Positions 31,134-39,738 of a DNA stretch of 64,000 bases are shown in pieces. Each line of letters starts with the position of its first letter. Positions within the stretch are counted from its first letter, which is position 1. The notes beneath the pieces were generated by a model. It was given only the letters and a program-made list of their open reading frames with translations. It was not told the origin of the DNA and did no database searches. This DNA comes from an uncultured Verrucomicrobiae bacterium (GTDB lineage Bacteria > Verrucomicrobiota > Verrucomicrobiia > Limisphaerales > Palsa-1400), in NCBI GenBank assembly GCA_963707025.1, contig CAVPOM010000005.1, forward strand, positions 384,001 to 448,000. Direction: 5' to 3'. The translations under genes were made by a program, and so were the position numbers.

Positions 31134-33464
31134 TCAATTGCCAGTGACGGCGATGTTGTCAATATAAACGCGCTGGGCTTGCGGCGAAAATCCAAACAAC
31201 CCGGGGCAGCCGCTGGCGTTGATGTGTTTGAGGGGCACTTCGCTGGTCCAGGCCTCCGGCTCCGCGCCGCCTTTCTTCCAGGCTTTGGCGCGGACGACGC
31301 CCGAGCCGTCGCTGGCCGCGTCCACGCGCGTTTTCAGATGGTACCAGGCGTTGGGCTCCCAGGCGAAGGGCGTCTCCACCCCGGGCACGGCTTGACTGAG
31401 CAATTCCTGGTTGGAGGTAATCTCCAATTTCTTGGCGTTGCCTTTGAGCATGATGAGGTAACGCTGGTTGATCAGCCCGACATCGGACATTTTGAATCTG
31501 TTGCCTTCGCTCATGACGTCGGCTTCGATGGTGTAATTCCTCAGCCCGGGCAGGCCCATGAAAACCATGGCCCGCTGGAAAAACGGGTTGTCAACCGTCT
31601 TGACAAGGCAGTTGTTGCCGTCTTTTTCCCGCACCTCAAATTTGAAGCGCGCCCCGATCCACGGCAGCGGCGGGTAGGCGAATTTGGTCGGCGGCTCCAT
31701 CGCATTGGTGGTGGTCTCGTTCAGCGTGAATTCGTCGAAATTCTCCCGGATCGGCAGTCCGGGCAGGATGCGTCCGCGGATGGTGCCGGACAGACCGCCC
31801 ATCTTGGCCATGAACGCTCCGGCCGAGGGAGTCTTGTCGGGGGTGGCGATCAATTCTCCCTGCGCGTTGAACTCGGCCTTCATGACTGACTTGACCTTCG
31901 CCGTCGGCGGCACGTAGTGAGCCCATTCGATTCTTTGCGGATCGCTGATCTCCTCCACGGTCAAACCGTTGGCGTCCAGCGAACGGACGCGCACGCCGGC
32001 CATGCCTCCGGGCTGCATGAGGATTTCGGACGGAATGGCTTGCAAGCGCGTGGCCGGGCCGGGAGCGGGCCACTTTTCCGCGACGGCGGGCCGGGCCGGG
32101 GAATCGGGAGCTTTGGCCGGCCCGAAACAGTAAAGCTTTTTCGTCGTTTGCAGGTAGATTCTGCGGCGGTATGCAGTGGGCGTTCCGTAGCAACGGCCAT
32201 CCAACACATATTGTGAAACAATTTTGCCTCCCTGATCGCTTGGCACGATCACATAGACCACGCCATGTCCTCCGCTGGCGCCTTGCTCGCTGGCGGCCGC
32301 GGCCTCGGATGGGGCAAACACCATCGGAACGTAAAGCCTGCCATCGGCAAAAAGCGGCGAGGCGTTGCGCTGTTCGGTCCCCAACGGCAACCTCCACAAC
32401 ACCGTTCCGGTCGAGGCGTCAACATCCACCAGTAATCCCACTTCGCTGGTCACAAAAATCCGGTCGCCCACCAGAATGGGCGAACTGGCCGAGGTGCGAA
32501 TCTCATTGTTCCACAGTTCCACATTGGTGCGCGCTACCATCACCGGCTCCGGCCCGGTGGGAGTGACTTTGGGAATTCTCAGCGCGACCATCTGGCCCGG
32601 CTCGTAGGGGGTGCCGTAAATGGCGATGATCTTCTCGTTGTTCTGCAGCAGCAGCGAGGAGTTGATGCCCGCTTTGAAAAGGGGAATGCGGAAAATCGGG
32701 TCGCCCGTGCGGGCGTTGACACAGACGACCGCGCCGTCCCCGGTGGCCGTGTACAACACCCGTTTGCCATCCAGCCAGGCCAGGATGGGATGGGAGTAGG
32801 AATTGTCCTTGGGGCGGTCGCCGGGGCTGGAGGTCCAGACCAGTTCGCCGGTTCTTTTGTCAAAGGCATAAAACCGGTCCGAGGCCGGGCCGTTGCCACC
32901 CCAGTTGGCCGTAATGCCGCGCGTGATGACCAAATCCTGATCCACCACCGGCGAGGCGGTGCGGCCGTTGGGGAAAGTCAGCCGCCCGAATTCCTCCATC
33001 ATGGAATGTTCCCACAACTTTTTGCCGTCGGCGGTGTAGCCGGCGAAAATCCCCTGGCTGTCCTGCATATAGACATTGCCCGTCTCGGCATCAATCGCCG
33101 GGCTGGAAGTGGCGTAGCGCAGGTAAATGGTGTCGCTCAGAAAATCGGCGTAGAGGTGTTGCCAGAGGAGCTTGCCGGTCTCCGCCTCAAAACAGGATAC
33201 CCCCTCGTCCAAATCCGGCCCTTCTCCCAGGTAACCCAGGATGTAAAGCTTGCCGTCGGCGATGACCGGCGTGGACATGCCGGGAAAGTCCGCCGTCCAG
33301 AGGGTGTTGTTGGCGCCGATCGTGGCGGGGAGGTTCTTTTCGGGCGAATTGCCGTTTTGATTCGGCCCGCGCCAACTTAGCCAGCCCTCGGCGGCGGGCA
33401 GGGAGCCGGGCCACCACAGGGCCAGGCCGGCAAGGCCGGTGACAACCGAGATTTTAGCATTCAT
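31134..33464 (-). CDS. Secreted PQQ-binding-like beta-propeller protein with a C-terminal ConA/DUF1080-like domain
   Basis: Signal peptide followed by WLSWRGP; propeller repeats; C-terminal NYTIEADV...WYHLK...VYIDNIAV. Confidence 0.85.
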   Translation of the reverse strand: MNAKISVVTGLAGLALWWPGSLPAAEGWLSWRGPNQNGNSPEKNLPATIGANNTLWTADFPGMSTPVIADGKLYILGYLGEGPDLDEGVSCFEAETGKLLWQHLYADFLSDTIYLRYATSSPAIDAETGNVYMQDSQGIFAGYTADGKKLWEHSMMEEFGRLTFPNGRTASPVVDQDLVITRGITANWGGNGPASDRFYAFDKRTGELVWTSSPGDRPKDNSYSHPILAWLDGKRVLYTATGDGAVVCVNARTGDPIFRIPLFKAGINSSLLLQNNEKIIAIYGTPYEPGQMVALRIPKVTPTGPEPVMVARTNVELWNNEIRTSASSPILVGDRIFVTSEVGLLVDVDASTGTVLWRLPLGTEQRNASPLFADGRLYVPMVFAPSEAAAASEQGASGGHGVVYVIVPSDQGGKIVSQYVLDGRCYGTPTAYRRRIYLQTTKKLYCFGPAKAPDSPARPAVAEKWPAPGPATRLQAIPSEILMQPGGMAGVRVRSLDANGLTVEEISDPQRIEWAHYVPPTAKVKSVMKAEFNAQGELIATPDKTPSAGAFMAKMGGLSGTIRGRILPGLPIRENFDEFTLNETTTNAMEPPTKFAYPPLPWIGARFKFEVREKDGNNCLVKTVDNPFFQRAMVFMGLPGLRNYTIEADVMSEGNRFKMSDVGLINQRYLIMLKGNAKKLEITSNQELLSQAVPGVETPFAWEPNAWYHLKTRVDAASDGSGVVRAKAWKKGGAEPEAWTSEVPLKHINASGCPGLFGFSPQAQRVYIDNIAVTGN

Positions 33465-33564
33465 ATTCAACTGCCGGGCCGGACGGCTTGCGACTGCCGC
33501 GCGCGGCTTGGGCGACCACTCTGGTCTTTTGCGACCCGGCGAATATTCCCCAATTGCGCCGGAC

Positions 33565-33593
33565 TTGCAACTAATACTTACACGTATTATTAT
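33565..33593 (+). promoter_or_regulatory. Sigma70-type promoter of marR with an embedded palindromic operator
   Basis: TTGCAA(33565-70)-N17-TATTAT(33588-93); palindrome TAATAC-ttacac-GTATTA at 33572-33589. Confidence 0.7.
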
Positions 33594-33607
33594 TTCAACC
33601 GTCGCAG

Positions 33608-34144
33608 ATGGCAAGTCCCAAAATAAAATCCTGTTCCCTGCCAATTGACGCGCCCTCGCGCCGTCGTCTGCCCATTCTGCTGCGCCACGCCTGGTTCAGC
33701 CTCAACCAGGCTTTCCGCCGGCGCATCGCCCACACCGGAGTGACCCCGGACCAGTTCACCACCCTGCGGACGCTGGAGGAAAACGGCGCGCGGCCGCCGA
33801 CCCAGAGCGAATTGACGCGCCTGCTGGCCAGCGATCCCAACACCATCGCCTCCCTGCTCGAACGCATGGCGGCGGCGGGGTGGATTGCGCGGACCCGCCA
33901 CGAGCAGGACCGCCGCGCCTGGCGGATTTCGCTCTTGCCGGAGGGCCGCAAGAAATATCTGGAAGCGCGGCAAATTGCCGTGGCATTGCAAACCGAATTG
34001 CTCTCCGCATGGCCGGCGCGCCGGCGCGAGGAGTTCCTGGAAAACCTGCAAACGCTCGGCGACCGCTGCCGGGAGGCCGAGGAGGCCCCGAAAAAGAGGG
34101 GAAGGAAGAGGAGATTAGGGAAGGCGCCGAAAGGGCCTGGGTAG
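33608..34144 (+). CDS. MarR family transcriptional regulator
   Basis: GVTPDQFTTL, TQSEL...DPNTIASLLERM...GWIAR...DRRAWRISL; divergent from the upstream operon. Confidence 0.92.
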   Translation: MASPKIKSCSLPIDAPSRRRLPILLRHAWFSLNQAFRRRIAHTGVTPDQFTTLRTLEENGARPPTQSELTRLLASDPNTIASLLERMAAAGWIARTRHEQDRRAWRISLLPEGRKKYLEARQIAVALQTELLSAWPARRREEFLENLQTLGDRCREAEEAPKKRGRKRRLGKAPKGPG

Positions 34145-34205
34145 AAAAAGCAGGGTTCCTATACGTGCGGAAGCGATATTCAATAGGGCTTAAGCGATTT
34201 TTGAA

Positions 34206-36803
34206 TTATGTTGTTCTATCTTTCATCACGACACCCGTGGAAAGTGTGCTGCTGCCGGATTCGGGAAGCTCAAACAACACTTGGTCGCCAGGGCCTTGGT
34301 CCTCCTGCCGGCGGCTGTCTGGGCTCTTTCTCTTTCCCAACAACGACTCCAGCGCTGTTTGGGCTTTGCTCTTGGTGAACGCTTCCCGCAGCGCATTGAA
34401 GAAGGCCAGCGTCCAGTTGTCTTTCTCAAAGCGCTCGTTGAACAGGGGCGATTTCATCTTCCGCTCAAAATCCCTTCCCCGTTCATCGGGGATGACCATG
34501 GTTTTGGGGACCTTCTGAGGAAGATTGGAACCGCGTTGCAAGCCGCTGGTCATGCTGGTCGTGCATTCCACTTCAAACGCGCGGACAACTTCGTTGCCAT
34601 CCAGCCAAAGCAAGTCCATGTTGAGAACCGTACCGAGTTCTTTCACGCCGATTAATGAAGCGGGTTTTTTAGTGACGAGATCGCGCAATTGCACCCGCTC
34701 CACCACCCCGGTCGCCGTATCGCGCTGTTCGCGTTGGCCAATCCAAATGGAATATCCGCGCGCTTCGCCAATCTTCGCCAGCAGCGCAATCACTTCGCTG
34801 TGGCGCGACAGGCTCAATCGGATTTCTTCCTTTAACATCCACGCGCCACCGCTGGCCTTGCGGCCAAAGATTTCCAGCGCCTCAGCGATGCTGGTGCTGT
34901 CGGAAGTGAGCGAGTTGGGAAATTCCCGCGCGACTGTGTCCCATACCTCCGTGAAAGTTACGCGGCCTTTGTCGTGCAGGCACCGAAAGACCGTCTCTTC
35001 GACGCGCTCCGTCAGCGGAATGGCTTGCAGCCGCGCGGCAAATGTCTTGTCCGCAAACCACCACAGTTTGCCCACTGCGCCACCGAGTTTTGCTTCCACC
35101 AGTTCAAATTCTTTGCCGATACTTTCTTCCAGCACGGTTTTCACGTCCAGGCCCGTTTGCATCGTGCCGAACAGCCCGCGCTTGGCCAGCACCGGGTCAA
35201 CCTGGTTGAGGAGAATCGTGTAAGGCGTCGGTTCGGCGCGGGTGGCGATGACTTCACGGCAGGTTTCAATCACGATGCGGCGAAAACGCTCTTCGCTGAT
35301 CTCTTCCATCTGGCGCGCTGGCCGGGCGGTTTTGGCGAAACGCAGATAAAAGTCGCCCTGCGCGCTGCCGAACGGCTGCATCATGGCCTTGGCTGAAACC
35401 TGGCCTAGTGGTTGATGATGGATGTGTTCGTAATCAAAACCGGCGAAAACTCCCGCCCGCACCGTGGCGTTGCGGACCATAAACGTCGGGTTATGAAACG
35501 TCAGCGTGAGAATACGTTCCGGCCGCAAGACGCGGTACATGCCTTGCATGCTGGTGTTCAACAGCGCGTAATAGAGATCAAACGGCTTTTTTTGGCGCTC
35601 ATTGCGCACGATTTCATGCACCGAAATCCTCTCGGCATAGAGATAGTCTTTCTTGAGCCAGGCGTTCCAGAGAAAAGAAAGCTCGCCGTATTGGATGGAG
35701 GCATCGTAAGGCGGGTCGGTGAAGATGTAGTCCACACACTCGTCGCGCATCTTTTTCATCAACTCTACGCAGTCCTCATTGACGACAGCGATGTCGGCTT
35801 CACCATCGAGGACTTTCTTCCAGTCGTCCGTGACCTTGACGTCCCCCAGCTTTTCATTGCTCTCGTTTTTGGCGTGGATGATTCCCTGATGACCAGTGAC
35901 TGCGCTCTCAAATTTCTCCCACGCATTTGACTCAAGGTATCGGGGTGCCGACCAATAACTGTGTTGCGTCCATGTGGAACTGAAAGCGGTTTGGTGGTTG
36001 CCTTCGCCCGGTGAGAGGGCCGGACACATCCGCGTGCAGAGATGGATCATGGAGGTGAACGCGCCGAACAGAAACTTCCGCAACTGCGGGCTGTTCTCCT
36101 GCTCAATAGCTTCATAGATCATCGCCGCCGCGCGCAAGTTGCGTTTCGTGAAAAGCTGGTCGAGCGAATCGAAACGCTCCTTTTTCATGAAAGGTGTGCC
36201 GTCGTCGTAGTAAAGTTGGTTCTTCGGATACCACTCCTTGATGCGTTTGGCCTCGAGTTCGGCCAAGGCGTCCAGGTCTTCCTTGCAAGGCTTGCAGCCG
36301 GTTTCGCAGCGATGCTCACAATGCGGACAACTTTTGTACCGGATTTCGACCAGTTCATTGCCCTCGCGCACACAACAATCGGCCACCAGCGGCTGGCCGC
36401 ACTTGAGGCAGTGAACCGTGTAGAGCGCGGCCACCCGTTGCTGCACGCGCTCACGCACCCGCTCGAAGGCTTCAAGGAGTTTCAGCGTGTCCACGCGTCG
36501 CAGCGTCAGTTCAGTGATTTGGCTGGCCGCCGGATTGAGGTCGCACACGATGGCCCGGCGTTTGTGGCGCGCGGCCTCGATGGCCACCACGCCGCTGCCG
36601 GCGAAGGGGTCAAAGACAATCTGGTGCGGTTTGGTGTAAGCCTGGATATGTTCGCCGACCACGTTCCAAGTCTTGCGCGACCAATACTTGTGCCAGACGT
36701 ACATGGCCGTGTGCGGCTCCGGCGGAATCTGCCGGTTGATGTCCTCGAAAGCGGGCGGACTGATTCTGCCGATTTTGGCGCGGGCCAGTTCACGAGTTTT
36801 CAT
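34206..36803 (-). CDS. Large amino-(N6A/N4C) DNA methyltransferase with a Cys-rich insert and a putative C-terminal PD-(D/E)XK-like nuclease domain
   Basis: HKYWSRK, motif I VFDPFAGSG, CLKC/CPHC, motif IV FTDPPY; C-terminal DLLW-x8-AFEVE. Confidence 0.85.
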   Translation of the reverse strand: MKTRELARAKIGRISPPAFEDINRQIPPEPHTAMYVWHKYWSRKTWNVVGEHIQAYTKPHQIVFDPFAGSGVVAIEAARHKRRAIVCDLNPAASQITELTLRRVDTLKLLEAFERVRERVQQRVAALYTVHCLKCGQPLVADCCVREGNELVEIRYKSCPHCEHRCETGCKPCKEDLDALAELEAKRIKEWYPKNQLYYDDGTPFMKKERFDSLDQLFTKRNLRAAAMIYEAIEQENSPQLRKFLFGAFTSMIHLCTRMCPALSPGEGNHQTAFSSTWTQHSYWSAPRYLESNAWEKFESAVTGHQGIIHAKNESNEKLGDVKVTDDWKKVLDGEADIAVVNEDCVELMKKMRDECVDYIFTDPPYDASIQYGELSFLWNAWLKKDYLYAERISVHEIVRNERQKKPFDLYYALLNTSMQGMYRVLRPERILTLTFHNPTFMVRNATVRAGVFAGFDYEHIHHQPLGQVSAKAMMQPFGSAQGDFYLRFAKTARPARQMEEISEERFRRIVIETCREVIATRAEPTPYTILLNQVDPVLAKRGLFGTMQTGLDVKTVLEESIGKEFELVEAKLGGAVGKLWWFADKTFAARLQAIPLTERVEETVFRCLHDKGRVTFTEVWDTVAREFPNSLTSDSTSIAEALEIFGRKASGGAWMLKEEIRLSLSRHSEVIALLAKIGEARGYSIWIGQREQRDTATGVVERVQLRDLVTKKPASLIGVKELGTVLNMDLLWLDGNEVVRAFEVECTTSMTSGLQRGSNLPQKVPKTMVIPDERGRDFERKMKSPLFNERFEKDNWTLAFFNALREAFTKSKAQTALESLLGKRKSPDSRRQEDQGPGDQVLFELPESGSSTLSTGVVMKDRTT

Positions 36804-37079
36804 CAGGTGTCGCGGGCGACTTCTTTCAGCAATCTTTGACAGATTTCATATGCGGCGGCGAGCCGAATCGCGCGCACCTCCTTAATGCCCTTGATTTGCG
36901 GCCACCTCGTCGAGCGGCCGATTCATCAGTCCGGCCAGCGTGCCGTATTGATCGAGCAGCGCCTTGGCACTGTCGAGCGCCGAATAACCCCGCCCCCCGC
37001 TGCCGAGCAGAATGGCCAGCAGTTCCGCGTCCGAGCAACTTCCCGCCCCCATTTCCAAAAGTGTCCGCCCCGGTTTCAT
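36803..37079 (-). CDS. UPF0758/RadC N-terminal-only protein (~91 aa, no JAB domain), one +1 frameshift near 36900
   Basis: GAGSCSDAELLAILLGSG...ALLDQYGTLAGL...L.EV / AQIKGIKEVRAIRLAAAYEI; its TGA overlaps the MTase ATG (TGATG). Confidence 0.75.
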
Positions 37080-37147
37080 ACAGAAAGAAAACGCCAGGCG
37101 GCGGGCCGAAACAAGAGGTATTGTTGAAATTTGAAATGGACAGCGCC

Positions 37148-38371
37148 TCAATGCCCCTTCACATCCAAACAAACCAGGTCCCCTTTGTTGTTGCGGCAAT
37201 AGATGCGGCCGTTGGCCAGGGTGGGAGCGGTCCAGCAACTGGCGCCAATGACCTGGGCGCGGGAAATGGGCACGAACGATTCCGGCGAAACCTCGCCGAC
37301 CACCAGTTCCCCTTTGTCGCTCAACATGATGATTTTGTGATCGGCCACGATGAAGCCGCCGCCGCCCAACCCCGGGAAACTCCATTTTTGAGCGCCGGTG
37401 GCGAATTCCAGGCATCGCAAACTGACCGCGCCGAAATTGACCGAGCCAGCCACGCCATATAAATAGCCGTCAATAAGAACGGATGCATTGATGTGGTTGG
37501 CGAAACTGCGGCTGTCCCAAACTTGGGCGGCGTTGGTGCCATCCCAGCGGGCCATGACCCCGCCTTGGCCGTAGGCGGCGGAGATGAAAAAGTCGTTGTT
37601 GGAAACAATCACGTCGGCGATGTTAAGCTGGTCCTGCGTTTTAAAGGGAAAACTCCAGATTTGTTTGCCGGATTTTGTCTCCACCCCATAGGCCGTGTCC
37701 GCCGAAAGAATGGCCACGGCGGGCGTGCCGTTGAACGAACAGGGAACCGGCGTGGAATATCCCGCCACCGCCTTGTTTGAATTCCAGACGACCTTGCCGG
37801 TCGCTTTATCCACGGCCGTGCCGGAACCGCCGACATCCAGCACCAGCAGATTATCCTGCACCAGGGCCGAAGTGGCGAATCCCCATTTTGGCCGGGCCGC
37901 GCCCAGGTCTCCGGCAAGATTGTTGGACCAGGCCACGACGCCGCTTGACGTTTCCAAGGCATACAGGCAGCCGTCTCCGCTCATCAGATAAACCCGGTTG
38001 CCGTCAATGGTGGCCGAACCGCTCGTGCCGCCAAGTCCTTTAGGACCATTATAGACGGAATACAGATCGCTGGGGTAGGAAAACTTCCAGAGATTGCTGC
38101 CCGTCTCCGCGTCCAAACAATAAAGCGTGGCGGTGGCCTCGTTGTTGCCGCTGGCGTAAGCCCGCCCCTGCGCGACCGTGATAGAGGCATAGCCAACGCC
38201 CACGGAAGCTTTCCAAAGTGGTTTGGGTCCTTCCTCCGGCCATTTTACCAGCCATCCCGTCTCCGGCGAAATGCCGTTGTGATTGGGGCCGCGAAAGTTC
38301 GGCCAATCCGCGGCCCGCGCGGTGGCGCAAGACAGGCCGGCGGCCAAGGCCAGGGAAAAGATTTTGTTCAT
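37148..38371 (-). CDS. Secreted PQQ-binding-like beta-propeller repeat protein
   Basis: Signal peptide followed by DWPNFRGP; C-terminal WTAPTLANGRIYCRN..LVCLD. Confidence 0.9.
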   Translation of the reverse strand: MNKIFSLALAAGLSCATARAADWPNFRGPNHNGISPETGWLVKWPEEGPKPLWKASVGVGYASITVAQGRAYASGNNEATATLYCLDAETGSNLWKFSYPSDLYSVYNGPKGLGGTSGSATIDGNRVYLMSGDGCLYALETSSGVVAWSNNLAGDLGAARPKWGFATSALVQDNLLVLDVGGSGTAVDKATGKVVWNSNKAVAGYSTPVPCSFNGTPAVAILSADTAYGVETKSGKQIWSFPFKTQDQLNIADVIVSNNDFFISAAYGQGGVMARWDGTNAAQVWDSRSFANHINASVLIDGYLYGVAGSVNFGAVSLRCLEFATGAQKWSFPGLGGGGFIVADHKIIMLSDKGELVVGEVSPESFVPISRAQVIGASCWTAPTLANGRIYCRNNKGDLVCLDVKGH

Positions 38372-38452
38372 CAGGGAAGGCTGGCCATAACCAGGCGTGA
38401 TGTCAACCCGGCGCCACCATTCCGGCGGCCTGCGCCATCGGGAAGCAGGAAA

Positions 38453-38764
38453 CTACTGGCGCGCCCGGCAGAACTCCCGCAAGACTTCGCCCTCGGCTCT
38501 GAGCCAGTCGGAAAGGGGAGCCTGTTGACCGCCACCGCCTTGCCGCCAAAGCTCGTAAGCGCGCCTCTCAATTTGTGTCTGCACCCGCAAGTGTTCTTCC
38601 ACGGTGAAAGGAGGACGGCCGCCTCCGCCCTCCGGCCTGCCAACGCTCTCCCGGCACTGTCTCCCGCCGCGGTGCGGAAGTCCGCGATTTTCGCCGACGT
38701 AAAGAAACCAACCCGGAGCAACCGGCCTGCCTTTGGCTTGAAAGAGCGCGCTCATATATTCCAT
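38453..38764 (-). CDS. DUF2934 domain-containing protein
   Basis: IERRAYELWRQGG.....LSDWLRAE is the DUF2934 signature; the start codon is uncertain. Confidence 0.75.
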   Translation of the reverse strand: MEYMSALFQAKGRPVAPGWFLYVGENRGLPHRGGRQCRESVGRPEGGGGRPPFTVEEHLRVQTQIERRAYELWRQGGGGQQAPLSDWLRAEGEVLREFCRARQ

Positions 38765-39040
38765 TGGACAAACCGAACATTAACCGAGGATGAAAAAAAG
38801 ATTAAAATCTCCGCCGGCACAAACCGCCCCGACCTCCAGGCCTCCCGCATCATCGGCGGCCTCCGCGGCTGGTTCAGCCAAGGGTGGCCAGGCAGGACCC
38901 GCCCACTCCGTCCGCCAGTCGCCGGCGGAGGCGGCCGGGACGGTGGCGTTTTATAATAAATTGCTAAGGATCGTGGTTGGCATTTAATTTTTCAGATTTT
39001 CCTTGCATTCGCCAGCAGATTCCCTAATCTTCCCGCAGGT

Positions 39041-39738
39041 ATGGGCAATGGAGTGAGTATGGCAGGCGACCGCAGGGCGGGTTGGGCTTCGGCGGGTTCA
39101 TCCGGATCGGGGGATTCGGACGCGCCAGGGAGGCGTTTAATCCACATCCCGGTAATTCACAGCCAGGCGGAGATGGGCAGCCTGAGTCCCACCATTCAAG
39201 CGATCACCGTGCAGAAGCTGGGGACCAAAGGCTGGGAGCGCAACCTCAGCTTGATTGACGGCATCTGGACGCAAATTGAGGAGGCGATTGGCCATTGGTC
39301 CCTGCCCTACGACAAAGTGCGCCTCTACCAGGATGGCTTGCCGGTGTGCGGGCGGGAACTGGAGATTGTCTCCGACTTGGCCAAGGCGGGCAGCCGCAAC
39401 CACCAACTGCTCCTGCGCTTGCAGAAACACGGCGCCACCCTGATGGGAACCGAATCGGCGGCCTGCTGGTGCAGGAGTATCATCTGATCAAACAAACGCT
39501 GGCGGCCAACGACCCGGCCCACGCGCCGCCCCGCCAGGCGCCCCACCCGGATGGCGGCCATTCCTTGCTCCAACGCCGCGACCAAGCCATCGCGCAACGG
39601 ATCAACCACACCCTGCGCCGGGGTGAAATCGGCCTGTTGTTTTTGGGAATGTTACATTCGTTGGAGGGCTGGCTGGCCCGGGATATCCAGGTTACCCATC
39701 CGCTTTATCCGCCGTCTTTGGGGGGACCTTGTCCATGA
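39041..39738 (+). CDS. Gas-vesicle-cluster-associated hypothetical protein (positional equivalent of Serratia GvpY), one frameshift near 39460
   Basis: RRLIHIPVIHSQAEMGS...VRLYQDGLPVCG...GSRNH...LMGTES / LLVQEY...RRDQAIAQRINHTL...GLLFLGMLH; stop overlaps the next ATG. Confidence 0.7.

Noticed and set aside
38790..38987. 65-aa ORF MKKRLKSPPAQ...
   Set aside because: Low complexity, no motif, and it lies in a probable divergent promoter region.
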